64,000 nt of DNA, from the NCBI GenBank assembly GCA_963715865.1, contig OY970280.1:960001-1024000 (forward strand). Reading direction: 5' to 3'. How positions within the stretch are numbered: position 1 is the stretch's first letter; the number at the start of each line of letters is the position of its first letter. The notes beneath the pieces are model-generated. The model did not search any database and was not told the DNA's origin. It worked only from the letters and a program-made list of their open reading frames with translations. The translations under genes were made by a program, and so were the position numbers. Positions 28,218 to 38,403 of this stretch are shown piece after piece. Source of the DNA: Candidatus Bathyarchaeota archaeon. GTDB taxonomy: Archaea > Thermoproteota > Bathyarchaeia > Bathyarchaeales > Bathycorpusculaceae.

Positions 28218-29438
28218 TTATGATAGTTTTCCAATGGTTACAGAGACTGCCTGCGTTTGCCCATTTCTTACCACCGTGAAATTAGCTGTTTGGCCAGGCA
28301 GCGTGTGTTGCTCCAGATAAGACAGCAAATCATCAGTGTTAGTTATTCTTACTCCGTTGATGGCTATTATAATGTCGCCGCCGATGATTACGTTTGAGCC
28401 TAAAATTGATGTTTGAGTTGTGCCGCCTTTGAGACCATTTTGTGTTGAAACACTCTCTACGAGGACACCGTAGGTAACGCTGGCTCCCATGGCTTGAGCA
28501 ATCTGATAATTCATATCTGTTCCCGTGGCGTCGATGGTCGGATGCTGGTTGTATGAGCCAGTGGTGACTAATGAGCTGAGTTCCCGAATTATAGTAGCTG
28601 ATGGAATTGCAAAGCCTAAACCCTCCGAGTTACTCACAGCCGCAGTTGTTATGCCGACGACTTCACCTGCATAATTGATAAGTGGACCACCAGAATTGCC
28701 TGAATTAATGGCAGTACTTGTTTGAATCATATCTGGAATTGTTTGGCCAGAACTTTGGCTTGAGCTCGATTCAGTGATGGTTCTCCCAAGTGCGCTGATT
28801 ACACCCGTGGTTAATGTTCCTGATAATCCATAAGGTGAACCTACTGCTACAACTGGGTCGCCTACTTGTAAAGTTTCGGAGCTAACGAGGGTCAAAGATG
28901 TCACATCGCTAGGCATAGAAGCTACAGAAAGGACTGCAAGGTCAGCTTTAGCGTCTGAACCTAACACTGTTGCAGGGTAACTGGCTCCATCTGCAAAAGT
29001 TACGGTTTCGTTGATTGCATCTTCTATCACATGATAGTTAGTGACTACGACCAATTGATTGTTTACTTCAGTTATGAACCCTGAACCCTGCTGTATAGAA
29101 TAACCTGCAAAGTTACCAAACAGACCATATTCAGGTACAAGGTCTTGGATTACAATTACAGATGATTTAACTTGCTGATACAGATTGGAAAGCGAAACAT
29201 TAGATTCTATTACGTATGTTGCGTTTGAATAACCAGAGTTGCCATTTTGAGAATAACCTCGCAGTTCAGCTTGTACACTATTGAGCTTTCCGTTGTAATC
29301 TGAGTAACTTACTGCGTAGCCGATTAAACCTCCTACAACCAAGCCTACGAGGAGGAGAACCACGATGATAACTACTGGAAAACGCTTAGTTTTTTGCGGC
29401 AGTGGCATTGGAATGGAAGGGAAAGGCGGAGTTTCCAT
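28218..29438 (-). CDS. HtrA/DegP-like trypsin serine protease with PDZ domain, membrane anchored
   Basis: GSGF, VTNYHV, DLAVL, IQTSTAINSGNSGGPL, GDIIIAING. Confidence 0.95.
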   Translation of the reverse strand: METPPFPSIPMPLPQKTKRFPVVIIVVLLLVGLVVGGLIGYAVSYSDYNGKLNSVQAELRGYSQNGNSGYSNATYVIESNVSLSNLYQQVKSSVIVIQDLVPEYGLFGNFAGYSIQQGSGFITEVNNQLVVVTNYHVIEDAINETVTFADGASYPATVLGSDAKADLAVLSVASMPSDVTSLTLVSSETLQVGDPVVAVGSPYGLSGTLTTGVISALGRTITESSSSQSSGQTIPDMIQTSTAINSGNSGGPLINYAGEVVGITTAAVSNSEGLGFAIPSATIIRELSSLVTTGSYNQHPTIDATGTDMNYQIAQAMGASVTYGVLVESVSTQNGLKGGTTQTSILGSNVIIGGDIIIAINGVRITNTDDLLSYLEQHTLPGQTANFTVVRNGQTQAVSVTIGKLS

Positions 29439-29467
29439 AAAAAATCCTCAAATTTTAAAAAAATGAT

Positions 29468-30277
29468 TTAGGCTGAGAATGGTTCATCACTGGAGTAAAT
29501 TGGTTTTTTGCAGGCGGGACATGTATCGTCGCTCATTTGAATACTGCTTCCGCAATGTGGGCATTTGTGATTCTTTTTCATTAAATGCAGACCTTCTTTC
29601 TCTTTAACTATTTTTCCGTCTTTGAGTAAGAGCATTCGTTCAGTATGGTGTGCAGCTTGACTATCATGCGTGACCAAGATTATAGTAGTGCCTTGCGTAA
29701 TGTTGAGGTTGGCAAGCAACTTGATGATTTCTTGCTTGTTTTGGCTATCCAAGTTTCCTGTAGGTTCATCAGCAAGAATTATAGCTGGATTATTTGCTAA
29801 GGCACGTGCAATAGCTACTCTTTGCTGCTCTCCAGCGCTGAGGCGTTGCGGTCTGTGTCCTTCTCTTCCTGAAAGGCCAACCAATGCTAAGAGTTCGCTT
29901 GCTCGTTTCTTTCGTTCGCTTTTTGATTTGATTCGTCCTTCCATGGGTAACTCAACGTTTTCTCTAGCGTTTAGGTACGGCAATAGGTTGAAGGTTTGAA
30001 ATACGAAGCCCATCTTGTCTCTTCTAATCTTGTAAAGCTGATTTTCAGGGAGCTTTGAAACGTCAATGCCGTCTAGTAGAACTTGACCACTAGTTGGCTT
30101 ATCAAGGCAGCCAATAACATTTAGCAGTGTGGTTTTGCCAGAGCCTGATGGGCCCATGATTGCAACAAACTCGCCAGCGTTTACCGTAAGACTCAGATTA
30201 GATAAGGCTGGAACGTTGCGTTTGCCAAGCGAATAGGATTTGCTTAGTTTTTCTATTTGTAGTACTGGTTTACTCAT
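29468..30277 (-). CDS. ABC transporter ATP-binding protein with C-terminal double zinc ribbon
   Basis: [24 protein letters not shown]; tail CPHCG...CPACK. Confidence 0.93.
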   Translation of the reverse strand: MSKPVLQIEKLSKSYSLGKRNVPALSNLSLTVNAGEFVAIMGPSGSGKTTLLNVIGCLDKPTSGQVLLDGIDVSKLPENQLYKIRRDKMGFVFQTFNLLPYLNARENVELPMEGRIKSKSERKKRASELLALVGLSGREGHRPQRLSAGEQQRVAIARALANNPAIILADEPTGNLDSQNKQEIIKLLANLNITQGTTIILVTHDSQAAHHTERMLLLKDGKIVKEKEGLHLMKKNHKCPHCGSSIQMSDDTCPACKKPIYSSDEPFSA

Positions 30278-31759
30278 ACCTCATTGCCTCCGCTGGTCTT
30301 ATTTTCGCCGCTCTCCACGCAGGATATAGACTGCCTAATGTTCCAAGCAAGATGGCTGCACCGAACGCCAACAGTATAAGCTCAGGACTCAACGTCGCTA
30401 CTGATAATCCACTGATTCTCGTAGTACCTGAAACGATCACAGCGCCTGCAGCTGACCTGCTTCCTATGCCAACGCTCGGAAGCAAAAGTGACGAAAGCGT
30501 AGGTGCCGCTATGCTGCCTATTGCAATACCAACTACACCGGCAATCATACTTAACAGAATACCTTCAAGCATAAATTGGCCCATTACAGTCAAGTTGCTA
30601 AAACCAATCGCTTTAAGCGTGCCAATCTCTTTGGTTCTCTCCCTGACAGTATAGAGCATGACAAATAATACTATCAAGCTTGTTGCTGCAACCACCACGA
30701 TAATTTCTTCAACTGCAGTTGAATATGTTTGACTATTAGATGCTTGTGCAGTTGCCAGTTCAGTATTATAGGTCGATTGCAAGGCTTGAAGCTGACTTAA
30801 GCGAGTTTGATCTGTAGTAACTGTAAGCTCTGGATGCACTGAACTTATGGAGGTGGCTACCTGCGATACAACATCACTGCTTTGGGCAAAGACTGCGAGA
30901 CTAGTTATGTATCCAGTATTGTTAGTTATTGTTTGAGCGTCGGATAGGTTCATGTACAATGTTTGTGTTTGCGAAACTGCTGATGGACTATAGATGCCTA
31001 CAACAGTAAAGGGTTGGTTTAAAATGGTAATTGCGTCGCCTACTCCTGCTTCGAAGTATGCTGAGTTGTTTTCACTAAGCAAGACAGCTCCATTATCGCC
31101 TGCCTGTAAGTTGCTTCCAGCAGTGATATTTGTTGGCAATATAGGATAGTTGTCTACTAGATCAGAAGTCAGCGGGATGCCTTCAATCGTGTACTCGACA
31201 TCGAGACGCGTTATGTCTCGCGTGTATCCGTTAAATGACAGGGTGGTCGTTACGTTTTGCCCTTCAGACGCTGCAGTATAGGCTCGACAACTGCAACTCC
31301 AGAGATAGTACTATTGATATCAGTGTATAGGCTCTCATTCATGGGATTTGATTGCCCACCGCTAAATGCACCGCCACCAAACTGACCAGCTACAATTCCG
31401 CCACCGAACTGACCAGGCGTAAAGCCGCTTCTGCCAGATGTGCTACCGTCACCAAAAACAAAACTAGAGCCAGAGCCGCTGCCGCCAGATCCGCTACCGA
31501 AACCGAAACCTGAAAAACTTGGCGCAAGACTACAGTCTATTTGAGTTGATGTTTGGTTAATTGATGCGCTGGTTTGGCTAATAACGTTGCTTAAGTTTGA
31601 TGCTACCGTGCTTGCTGTCTGCTGATTAGCCAAAACACCTGCAGGAATTGAAACCATGATTGCCATCGAAAAGCCTAAAGCAATTATGACTAGTAGCGCT
31701 CGAATTTTCCTTCTTGAAATATTTCTTACTGCTCTATTGATGATTCCCATATGCTGCAC
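30270..31759 (-). pseudogene. MacB/FtsX-like ABC permease split by a 1-nt frameshift near 31270 (pseudogene or sequencing error)
   Basis: ORF 31250-31759 has the N-terminus (RRKIRALLV) and ORF 30270-31139 has ERTKEIGTLKAIG...YPAWRAAKIRPAEAMRYE. Adding one base after CTG-CAG gives a continuous frame. Confidence 0.8.
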
Positions 31760-32044
31760 CTTTCATTTTTAATTTTAAAAAGGCAACCAAAAAGAGAATC
31801 GAAGGGGTATTTTATTTGGGCAGTTTTTGGGCTTATGGCCTTATTTTCCATTTTCTACTCTCTTCTTGATTGCCTTTGTCTGCATACTGTTAAAGGGTTA
31901 TTAAACGATTTTTCAAGATTAGACCCAAATTTACTCCTAATTTTAACCTAAACCTGCATATCTTGGCATTTTAAAAGAACACATTTATTACTTCAGTCAG
32001 ATTTAAAGTGACAAAGAATCTCTTCACACTCGGAGCCCGTATAA

Positions 32045-32347
32045 ATGTCTGCAAATGCCCGCTCGTTAAAATACTTGCTAGGATGGCTAATCGCAGGTAC
32101 CCGAGGCGGACCAACTCGCGCAAAAATAATTGAGGCACTAAAGGAAACTCCGCAGAACGCAAATCAACTAGCGACCATGCTAAAAATGGATTACAAAACA
32201 ATGAGGCATCACCTTGAAGTTCTAGAAAAAAACAAAATAATCACTTCTGTCGGAGACAGGTATGGCGCAACCTATTTTTTGTCGCAAACTATGGAAGAAA
32301 ATTACGCAATGTTTGAGGAGATTATGAAGAAAATCGGGAAAAAGTAG
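32045..32347 (+). CDS. ArsR-type winged-helix transcriptional regulator
   Basis: GTRGGPTRAKII...PQNANQLA..L.MDYKT.RHHL.VL. Confidence 0.88.
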   Translation: MSANARSLKYLLGWLIAGTRGGPTRAKIIEALKETPQNANQLATMLKMDYKTMRHHLEVLEKNKIITSVGDRYGATYFLSQTMEENYAMFEEIMKKIGKK

Positions 32348-32366
32348 AAAAAGGAGAAATAGCAAA

Positions 32367-32813
32367 ATGGAGAAGCAAATGAATAAAAGATTAAAACTTG
32401 GATTAATAATTGCGATTTTGGTATCAGTCGCTATTTTTGCGGCTTTTTGGACAATAATAAGTCAGCAGCAGATTCCCGGGTTTGAACAAAGGCGAGTTCC
32501 ACCACCTGGTTTCATTTCGGGCGACTTTGAATTTTTTTACGGCGCATTTACAATAATTTCCACGGTCAATATAGCGCTCTTAGTCATCTTAACATTAATT
32601 TACATTAATATCTATGTCAAAACGCGTTCCCAATTCACAATTGGACTAATAATTTTTGCTTTAGTCTTCCTAGTAAAAGACTTGACATCTAGCCCTCTTA
32701 TAACGTCGCTATTAGGATTTAGAGCTTATGGACTTGGGCCATTCGAGCTTTTGCCAGGCTTGTTCGAGTGCTTTGCATTATCTATACTGCTGTACCTAAG
32801 CATTAAGTATTAG
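32367..32813 (+). CDS. Hypothetical membrane protein co-transcribed with the ArsR regulator
   Basis: Four hydrophobic segments. Confidence 0.75.
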   Translation: MEKQMNKRLKLGLIIAILVSVAIFAAFWTIISQQQIPGFEQRRVPPPGFISGDFEFFYGAFTIISTVNIALLVILTLIYINIYVKTRSQFTIGLIIFALVFLVKDLTSSPLITSLLGFRAYGLGPFELLPGLFECFALSILLYLSIKY

Positions 32814-33394
32814 GAAAACATTTAAGCAAAGATGATTTAACCCTGTAACACTGCGCGAGTTATGGTCTCAATTTTCGACCAGAACGTAACATTAGGCATG
32901 TCAGGAACCGCAGTATTCCCAGTCCTACCATGTACAGCATAAGTCAGAATCGGCAACTTAGACCAGACAAGCGCCGTTGTAACTGTAACAGTCTCATACT
33001 ACTATTAATCCTTCCTTTTTTTATAATATCCTAAATAAGGGAACCTTGAAGTTCGGTAAACTTCTGGTAAGCTAAAGCAAGCAAGGCTTAGAGCATTTTT
33101 TTTCGAATGTAAAGCCAGCGATTATGCGTCTGTGGGGCAAAAAATAAATCGTTAGTCAAACAAGTTTCCTTTGGGCTGTCGCTATTCGCCAAGATATTGA
33201 GATTCGAGGGTTAGTCTATTGCTGGAACCTAGCACAACATTAGGAAATATCATACGAAGAAGTAAACCTGCCGGTAAAAGAAGAAGGCTAACCAAGGTGA
33301 TTGCAAGCAGAGCATGATTCGAATGCTTTCCTTGAGGAAAAGCGCAGAATTAAGCAAAAACTACATAGAGATAAAGTCTGAGGCAGTTAGTTGA

Positions 33395-34363
33395 ATGCTA
33401 ACTAAAAACAAGAAAACACTGATTATTTCAGTAATCTTAATAGCGGTGGCGTTGAATGCAATTACCTTTTTCTGTGCGTATCCTGAAACGTTTAAGCCAG
33501 AATCGCCCACTCTTGCGAGAGATTTCTCGGCTTACTACATTGGAGAATGGCGATTGTTCAATAATCCAACCAAAATTTATACGGGAAGTCCTCAGCCGGG
33601 AGATTACCAGATCCTTCCAAAACCCCAAACCTTCAAGTACACTCCTTCCTTCCTGATTCTCTTTGCGCCATTTTTAGCCTTAAGTTATCAAGATGCTCTT
33701 ATCGCCTTTGACATGGTACAACTTGCTTTAATTCCAGCCTTGGCTTTCTTTGTTTACAAGATTGTTAAAGACAAGAACCTAGCTATCGGCGCTGTAGCAG
33801 CCATCATCATTTTGATCGAACCACTCCCCACTCCACCGATAGATCAAGCCGCACTCAACTTACTCCATTACCGGTTCTTTAGCTTAAATCCCCAATCTTT
33901 CTCTCCAAGTTACTACGTGGGCTATGTCTTAGCAAATGCTCACATACTCCAAGCCATCCTCTTGGTAGGCGCTTTATACTTTGGATTCACTAAAAAACCA
34001 TGGCTCTCAGCATTGCTGTTTGCGTTTGGTTCATTTGACCCGCGCGCTTCACTTTTGGCACTCCCACTGCTTCTATGGTACAACAGACAAAAAATACTTC
34101 AGTTCATTACTGGCACTGTTACGTTTCTTCTCGCAACAAATTTGCCCTTTTTCTTCTACTATAATATAGGATTCACCTTCTTGCAAACGGAAATGAATGG
34201 TAGCATCATCTCCCAAATGTACCCGTACGACTGGATTCCATTATACGCGATTGTCACATTAACCATAATCGAAATAATCAACACCAGCAGCAGAAACACA
34301 AAAAAGCCCTTCAGATTTTCACTTACAAGAAAAACAAAAAGGTTAGAAACAACACAAAAGTAA
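33395..34363 (+). CDS. GT-C fold glycosyltransferase (DUF2029/GT87-like)
   Basis: RDFSAYY, FKYTPSFLILFAPF, many TM helices. Confidence 0.7.
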   Translation: MLTKNKKTLIISVILIAVALNAITFFCAYPETFKPESPTLARDFSAYYIGEWRLFNNPTKIYTGSPQPGDYQILPKPQTFKYTPSFLILFAPFLALSYQDALIAFDMVQLALIPALAFFVYKIVKDKNLAIGAVAAIIILIEPLPTPPIDQAALNLLHYRFFSLNPQSFSPSYYVGYVLANAHILQAILLVGALYFGFTKKPWLSALLFAFGSFDPRASLLALPLLLWYNRQKILQFITGTVTFLLATNLPFFFYYNIGFTFLQTEMNGSIISQMYPYDWIPLYAIVTLTIIEIINTSSRNTKKPFRFSLTRKTKRLETTQK

Positions 34364-34417
34364 TAAGAGCAACATTATGCCCCGGTCTTTTTACTAACTT
34401 GCAAGCTTATTTAGGTA

Positions 34418-35608
34418 TCATTCTTTGCGAATTACTTCGAATTTTTTTGGATCTCCCTTTGCGAAGCCTATTAGATGAATAATAAAATTTAGCGTCACTG
34501 TTATGTAGCTTGCGGCAGTACCTGCTAGGGCATGTTTCCAACCCATGCATACGCCAATGGTATAAGCTCTTATTGCAAGCCATACAGCTAAAGTGATATA
34601 TGTTAATGGCAAGAGCACAGCCGGTATATTAACGATGCCTAAATAATATAATGGCAACCCCACTGTTGCAATAGAGTACAGCCACAATCCTGAAAAGCCT
34701 ATCACACTCAACCTAAGCCTGTTAGGGAGGGGCAGCATTTTACGAGTTAAAATTCTAAGTTGCCCCCAAACCCACCTACGTCTTTGTTTTATGGCATCAC
34801 CAAAACTTAACGGCGGCATTATGAAAATCCGCTCTTCCGAATTAAAAACAGTATAACCCATTACTGATGCTTTGTGGAAGTAAAAAGCGTCTTCGCTGCT
34901 TATCAACTTGTGCTTAGTATTATGCGTAAAGCTACTTATGTCGTAGGAAACGTTCTTGTCGACTTGACTACTCATGCAGGTTCCTTCCCCATGAGCCCAG
35001 AGTGGTTTTCCAATGTTAGTAAAAAAATTGCAGAAAATCCCGCAAGCAACACAGCGTTCATAGTCGAGGATAGTGTTCCATACGCCTTTTACTATTGGAG
35101 TGATCGTACCTATGATAATGTCCGCGTTAACGGTCAAGCTTTCCTTTATGAACTCGAGACTAGGCACAGCATCGTCGTCTCCTTGAAGTAACAAATAGTT
35201 CGGCCCCAGCATGCCCTCGGCAACCATTTTTTGTCTTAGCCTACGAGCATATTCTAACGCACGACCCTTGTACAAATCTTCACATTCAAAATCTGGAGGA
35301 ACAACAACAACCTTATCGCAAACATATTCGGCCTTATGTTTGTCCCAATCTTCAATGATTACCCACGTTTCCAAGGGCACAGGCAGATCATAGTTTTTCA
35401 CCGTCTCAAATATCTTATTTACTGACTTTACGTTCCCTACAGTGGGTATCTGAAAGATTATCTTGTCAACTTTCTTCTCAGCCTGCCCTTTCTGTTTCAA
35501 TAGATTGATCCTTCGCGTCCTGTTGAATATTTTTCCAAACGCTAAGACAGCGAGGTAGAGAAAAGGTGAAAGCCAAATCGCCGAAATCACATAATCAAGT
35601 ATTATCAT
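34418..35608 (-). CDS. GT2 glycosyltransferase (Egghead-like/Glyco_trans_2_3)
   Basis: KGRALEY, GDDD, HGEG, SEDA, Q.RRW motifs; C-terminal TM helices. Confidence 0.8.
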   Translation of the reverse strand: MIILDYVISAIWLSPFLYLAVLAFGKIFNRTRRINLLKQKGQAEKKVDKIIFQIPTVGNVKSVNKIFETVKNYDLPVPLETWVIIEDWDKHKAEYVCDKVVVVPPDFECEDLYKGRALEYARRLRQKMVAEGMLGPNYLLLQGDDDAVPSLEFIKESLTVNADIIIGTITPIVKGVWNTILDYERCVACGIFCNFFTNIGKPLWAHGEGTCMSSQVDKNVSYDISSFTHNTKHKLISSEDAFYFHKASVMGYTVFNSEERIFIMPPLSFGDAIKQRRRWVWGQLRILTRKMLPLPNRLRLSVIGFSGLWLYSIATVGLPLYYLGIVNIPAVLLPLTYITLAVWLAIRAYTIGVCMGWKHALAGTAASYITVTLNFIIHLIGFAKGDPKKFEVIRKE

Positions 35609-36341
35609 GCTTGTTCTGAATCCTTAAATTATATGTTTTAACAGCCTCAAATAGCAATGGATTTAAGCCTTCGCCGCGAAAAGCAGAAATCAATTCATCC
35701 ATGCACATTGGAAGACATTTTCCTCCAAAGGGGTGACCGAACTTGGACGCGCCATACGTAGACATCCTACTATCAGCGCAGACTAAACGCGCAACCTCAC
35801 TAGTGGTTAGCCCTAGTTTCTTTGAAAGCTCATCGGCCTCGTTCCAAAAAGTTATCAACACACTGAGGTACGCGTTAGAAAGAAGCTTGGCAGCCTCGCT
35901 TTCGATAAGGCCAGTGACGTAGATAGGCTTCTTCAAAGGAGCATAAAGAGTAACCAGTTTCTGGGCATGCTCACTGCAACATTGACCTATTATTATCCGG
36001 TCTGGATTCATTACGTCTTCATATGCGCATTGTTCCCGTAAAAACTCAGGATTATTCAATAAATGAACGCCCCAACTATCCATCAAGCCTTTCGCAGTAC
36101 CTATAGACGTTGTACTCTTAATAACGTAAAGTCCTTCCACACCCTGCTCTACAAGGTTGTTGACAGCGTCAGGCACAACATTTCCGGGAGTACATACAAA
36201 AGTCAACTCCACCTGCTTCTCAGGACTCTTAACATCAGGAAAAACATAAGGATCAAAAACGAAAACTTCATGACCCAACTTTTTCAACAAAAACTCCTGT
36301 GCCTTACCAACGGTACCATACCCAATTACGTTTACCCTCAT
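35595..36341 (-). CDS. UDP-glucose/GDP-mannose dehydrogenase family protein lacking the C-terminal domain
   Basis: VIGYGTVG, IKST, NPEFLRE, KLLSNAYL, FGGKCLP; only 248 aa. Confidence 0.85.
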   Translation of the reverse strand: MRVNVIGYGTVGKAQEFLLKKLGHEVFVFDPYVFPDVKSPEKQVELTFVCTPGNVVPDAVNNLVEQGVEGLYVIKSTTSIGTAKGLMDSWGVHLLNNPEFLREQCAYEDVMNPDRIIIGQCCSEHAQKLVTLYAPLKKPIYVTGLIESEAAKLLSNAYLSVLITFWNEADELSKKLGLTTSEVARLVCADSRMSTYGASKFGHPFGGKCLPMCMDELISAFRGEGLNPLLFEAVKTYNLRIQNKHDNT

Positions 36342-36662
36342 CCTTCAACTCTCTTCTTTCGTACATAGCGTATATAGCGTTCCTTTTGTCTACAATTCTT
36401 AAAAGCTTTGCTCCAAATCCCCCAACCAACCGGTTAAAAGAACAGCTGACTAGCAAGCGATGACCCGGATTTCAATTTTGAGGGTGCCAACTATACGCCA
36501 TTATCTAAAGGCAACGTCAACTCTCCATCTATTGCCTTGCAAATCTGTATATGTTGAGTTAGGGTTCTGCGGTTTGCTTAAAAATAAATTAGGAATTCTG
36601 AATCAGAGTCGGAATTAGAACAAACAAAACCCGAGTTTTTTAATTAAAAAGCTGTCAAAAAA

Positions 36663-36750
36663 TGGCGCCGGGAATGGGATTCGAACCCATGCGGACCAGA
36701 AGGTCCACGGGCTCTCAAGGCCCGCGCGTTAACCACTCTGCCATCCCGGC
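36663..36750 (-). tRNA. tRNA-Ser(TGA)
   Basis: Reverse strand GCCGGGA...CGGGC-CTTGAGA-GCCCG, long variable arm GGACC/GGTCC, GGTTCGAATCC, G-CCA. Confidence 0.96.
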
Positions 36751-36828
36751 TCTTTTTAGTGTAATGAGGATGGTTGTTTATTTCTGTTTTTCCTTAGTGA
36801 AAACTCAGTAAAGGTAATAAAGCCGTAA

Positions 36829-37236
36829 ATGCATGGGCGTTTCATGGCAAAAACTCAAGAAGTGTCTATGAGTCAGGAGTTACTGGATTCAATTTTTGAG
36901 GGTGCAAAACGACTTTACCCGAGGGAGACGATTTTGCTTCTTAGGGGTAAAAAGGCTAAAGATGCCCTTCGTATAGTTGACCTTGTGATTCCGCCGTTGG
37001 CGACTTATGGGCATGGGTTTGCTAATTACCCGCTTCATTTGTTGCCCATGGATTTCTCTCTGGTAGGCACCGTGCATTCGCATCCGTCAGGTAACAAAAC
37101 GCCTTCGGATGTGGATTTTAATCATTTCTTTGGACGAATCCTCATGATTGTAGGCTACCCTTATGCGAGCCAGCAGGATGTTGCTGTATATAATTCGCAT
37201 GGGGAAAAATTACCATTGCTGGTAACTAAGGAGTAA
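36829..37236 (+). CDS. JAMM/MPN+ (Mov34/PAD-1) metalloprotease; its 3' end is the integration site
   Basis: PRE...HSHPSG...PS..D JAMM motif. Confidence 0.93.
   Translation: MHGRFMAKTQEVSMSQELLDSIFEGAKRLYPRETILLLRGKKAKDALRIVDLVIPPLATYGHGFANYPLHLLPMDFSLVGTVHSHPSGNKTPSDVDFNHFFGRILMIVGYPYASQQDVAVYNSHGEKLPLLVTKE
37225..37236 (+). repeat. attL core ACTAAGGAGTAA
   Basis: Exact 12-bp direct repeat of 48603-48614; encodes T-K-E-stop of the JAMM gene. Confidence 0.85.
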
Positions 37237-37305
37237 GCCTATTTTAAACGCGGTTATCTAAACCTTTTTAAGCGACGGAGCCATATCAGTCTATTGGCGA
37301 GATAA

Positions 37306-38367
37306 ATGTTAAATCAGCAAGTCGAAAACTGGTTAAGCGAATGCAGAACCGCAAACACAGAACGACAATATCGAATAAGAATAACAAATTTTTTAAATTG
37401 GTATAATGGCACGGTTGAACAGTTCTTAGCCTTAACCCCGGCAGAGAAACGTAACGCTATTTTGAGGTTTCAAAACGCGCCTATACACAAATCCAAAAAC
37501 ACCGCTGGCTCTCATGTTGTCGCTATTCTATCCTTCTTGCGATCCGTTGATATGCCACTGGATTTAAGGGGAAAAAAACTTCGCTATCAAATGGATATTT
37601 CAAGCCACACCTTCACAAACGGCGACTTGCAAAAAATGTTTGAGGTAGCCGACATAAAAGGCAAGGCACTTTTAGCTTTAGCGACTTCGCTGGGCTGGGA
37701 GGTCAGCGCGGTTCTCGGCCTCAAACGTGCCTATGTGGAATCTTTAATAGCGAAGGCAAAAAGCGAAAACCAACAGTTCTATTATTTCCTTTCACAGCGG
37801 GAAAAGACTGGAGCGCCACGGTTAGGCGTCTTAAACCCGTTAGCGATTGAATGGCTCTCTAAATGGTTTATCGAAAGTGACCAATACCCAAAACGCAACC
37901 GCATAAAGAACCCTAAAAGAGACTATGGAAACAGCGACATATTCGACGTTAATGAAGCATCCGCAAACAAGATAGTACAGCGATTAGCAAGGAGAGCGCA
38001 TATAGTCACCACGGGCAGAGTGCGTTTTCACAAGATAAGAGGCTGGGTTATGAGCAATCTTAGCCGCGCAGGATTCAACGAGTTTCAGGTTAAGTTTTGT
38101 GTTGGTAAGGCTATTCAAGCAAGCGACATGACTTATCTAAATACTTTACAAGAGCAAATAGCAGAGCGTTACCCAGCAGCCTATAACGACTATTTAAGTT
38201 TACAAAGCACCGTTCCAGCAAAAGCCTTAGTTAAAATGAGCAAAGAAACCGAGGCTATCAAAGCAGATAACGCTGAGTTAAAGGCCAAGATTGCGAAGAT
38301 TGAAAATGACATGAAAGAGTTGCTTCTTAAAGTGGTCGCACAGGAACCAAAGCTTCCTGACGAATAA
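37306..38367 (+). CDS. Tyrosine recombinase/integrase with atypical active site
   Basis: Core-binding N-domain; ALLALATSLGWEVS (box I), REKT, FHKIR, VGK, TYL; C-terminal coiled coil. Confidence 0.85.
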   Translation: MLNQQVENWLSECRTANTERQYRIRITNFLNWYNGTVEQFLALTPAEKRNAILRFQNAPIHKSKNTAGSHVVAILSFLRSVDMPLDLRGKKLRYQMDISSHTFTNGDLQKMFEVADIKGKALLALATSLGWEVSAVLGLKRAYVESLIAKAKSENQQFYYFLSQREKTGAPRLGVLNPLAIEWLSKWFIESDQYPKRNRIKNPKRDYGNSDIFDVNEASANKIVQRLARRAHIVTTGRVRFHKIRGWVMSNLSRAGFNEFQVKFCVGKAIQASDMTYLNTLQEQIAERYPAAYNDYLSLQSTVPAKALVKMSKETEAIKADNAELKAKIAKIENDMKELLLKVVAQEPKLPDE

Positions 38368-38403
38368 GAGAAAGATTAAAAAAAGAAAAAAGCTATTGTT
38401 GCA

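Noticed and set aside
36663-36750. tRNA-Ser as the integration site of the adjacent integrase
   Set aside because: No duplicate of its sequence was found; the 12-bp repeat in the JAMM gene explains the boundaries better.
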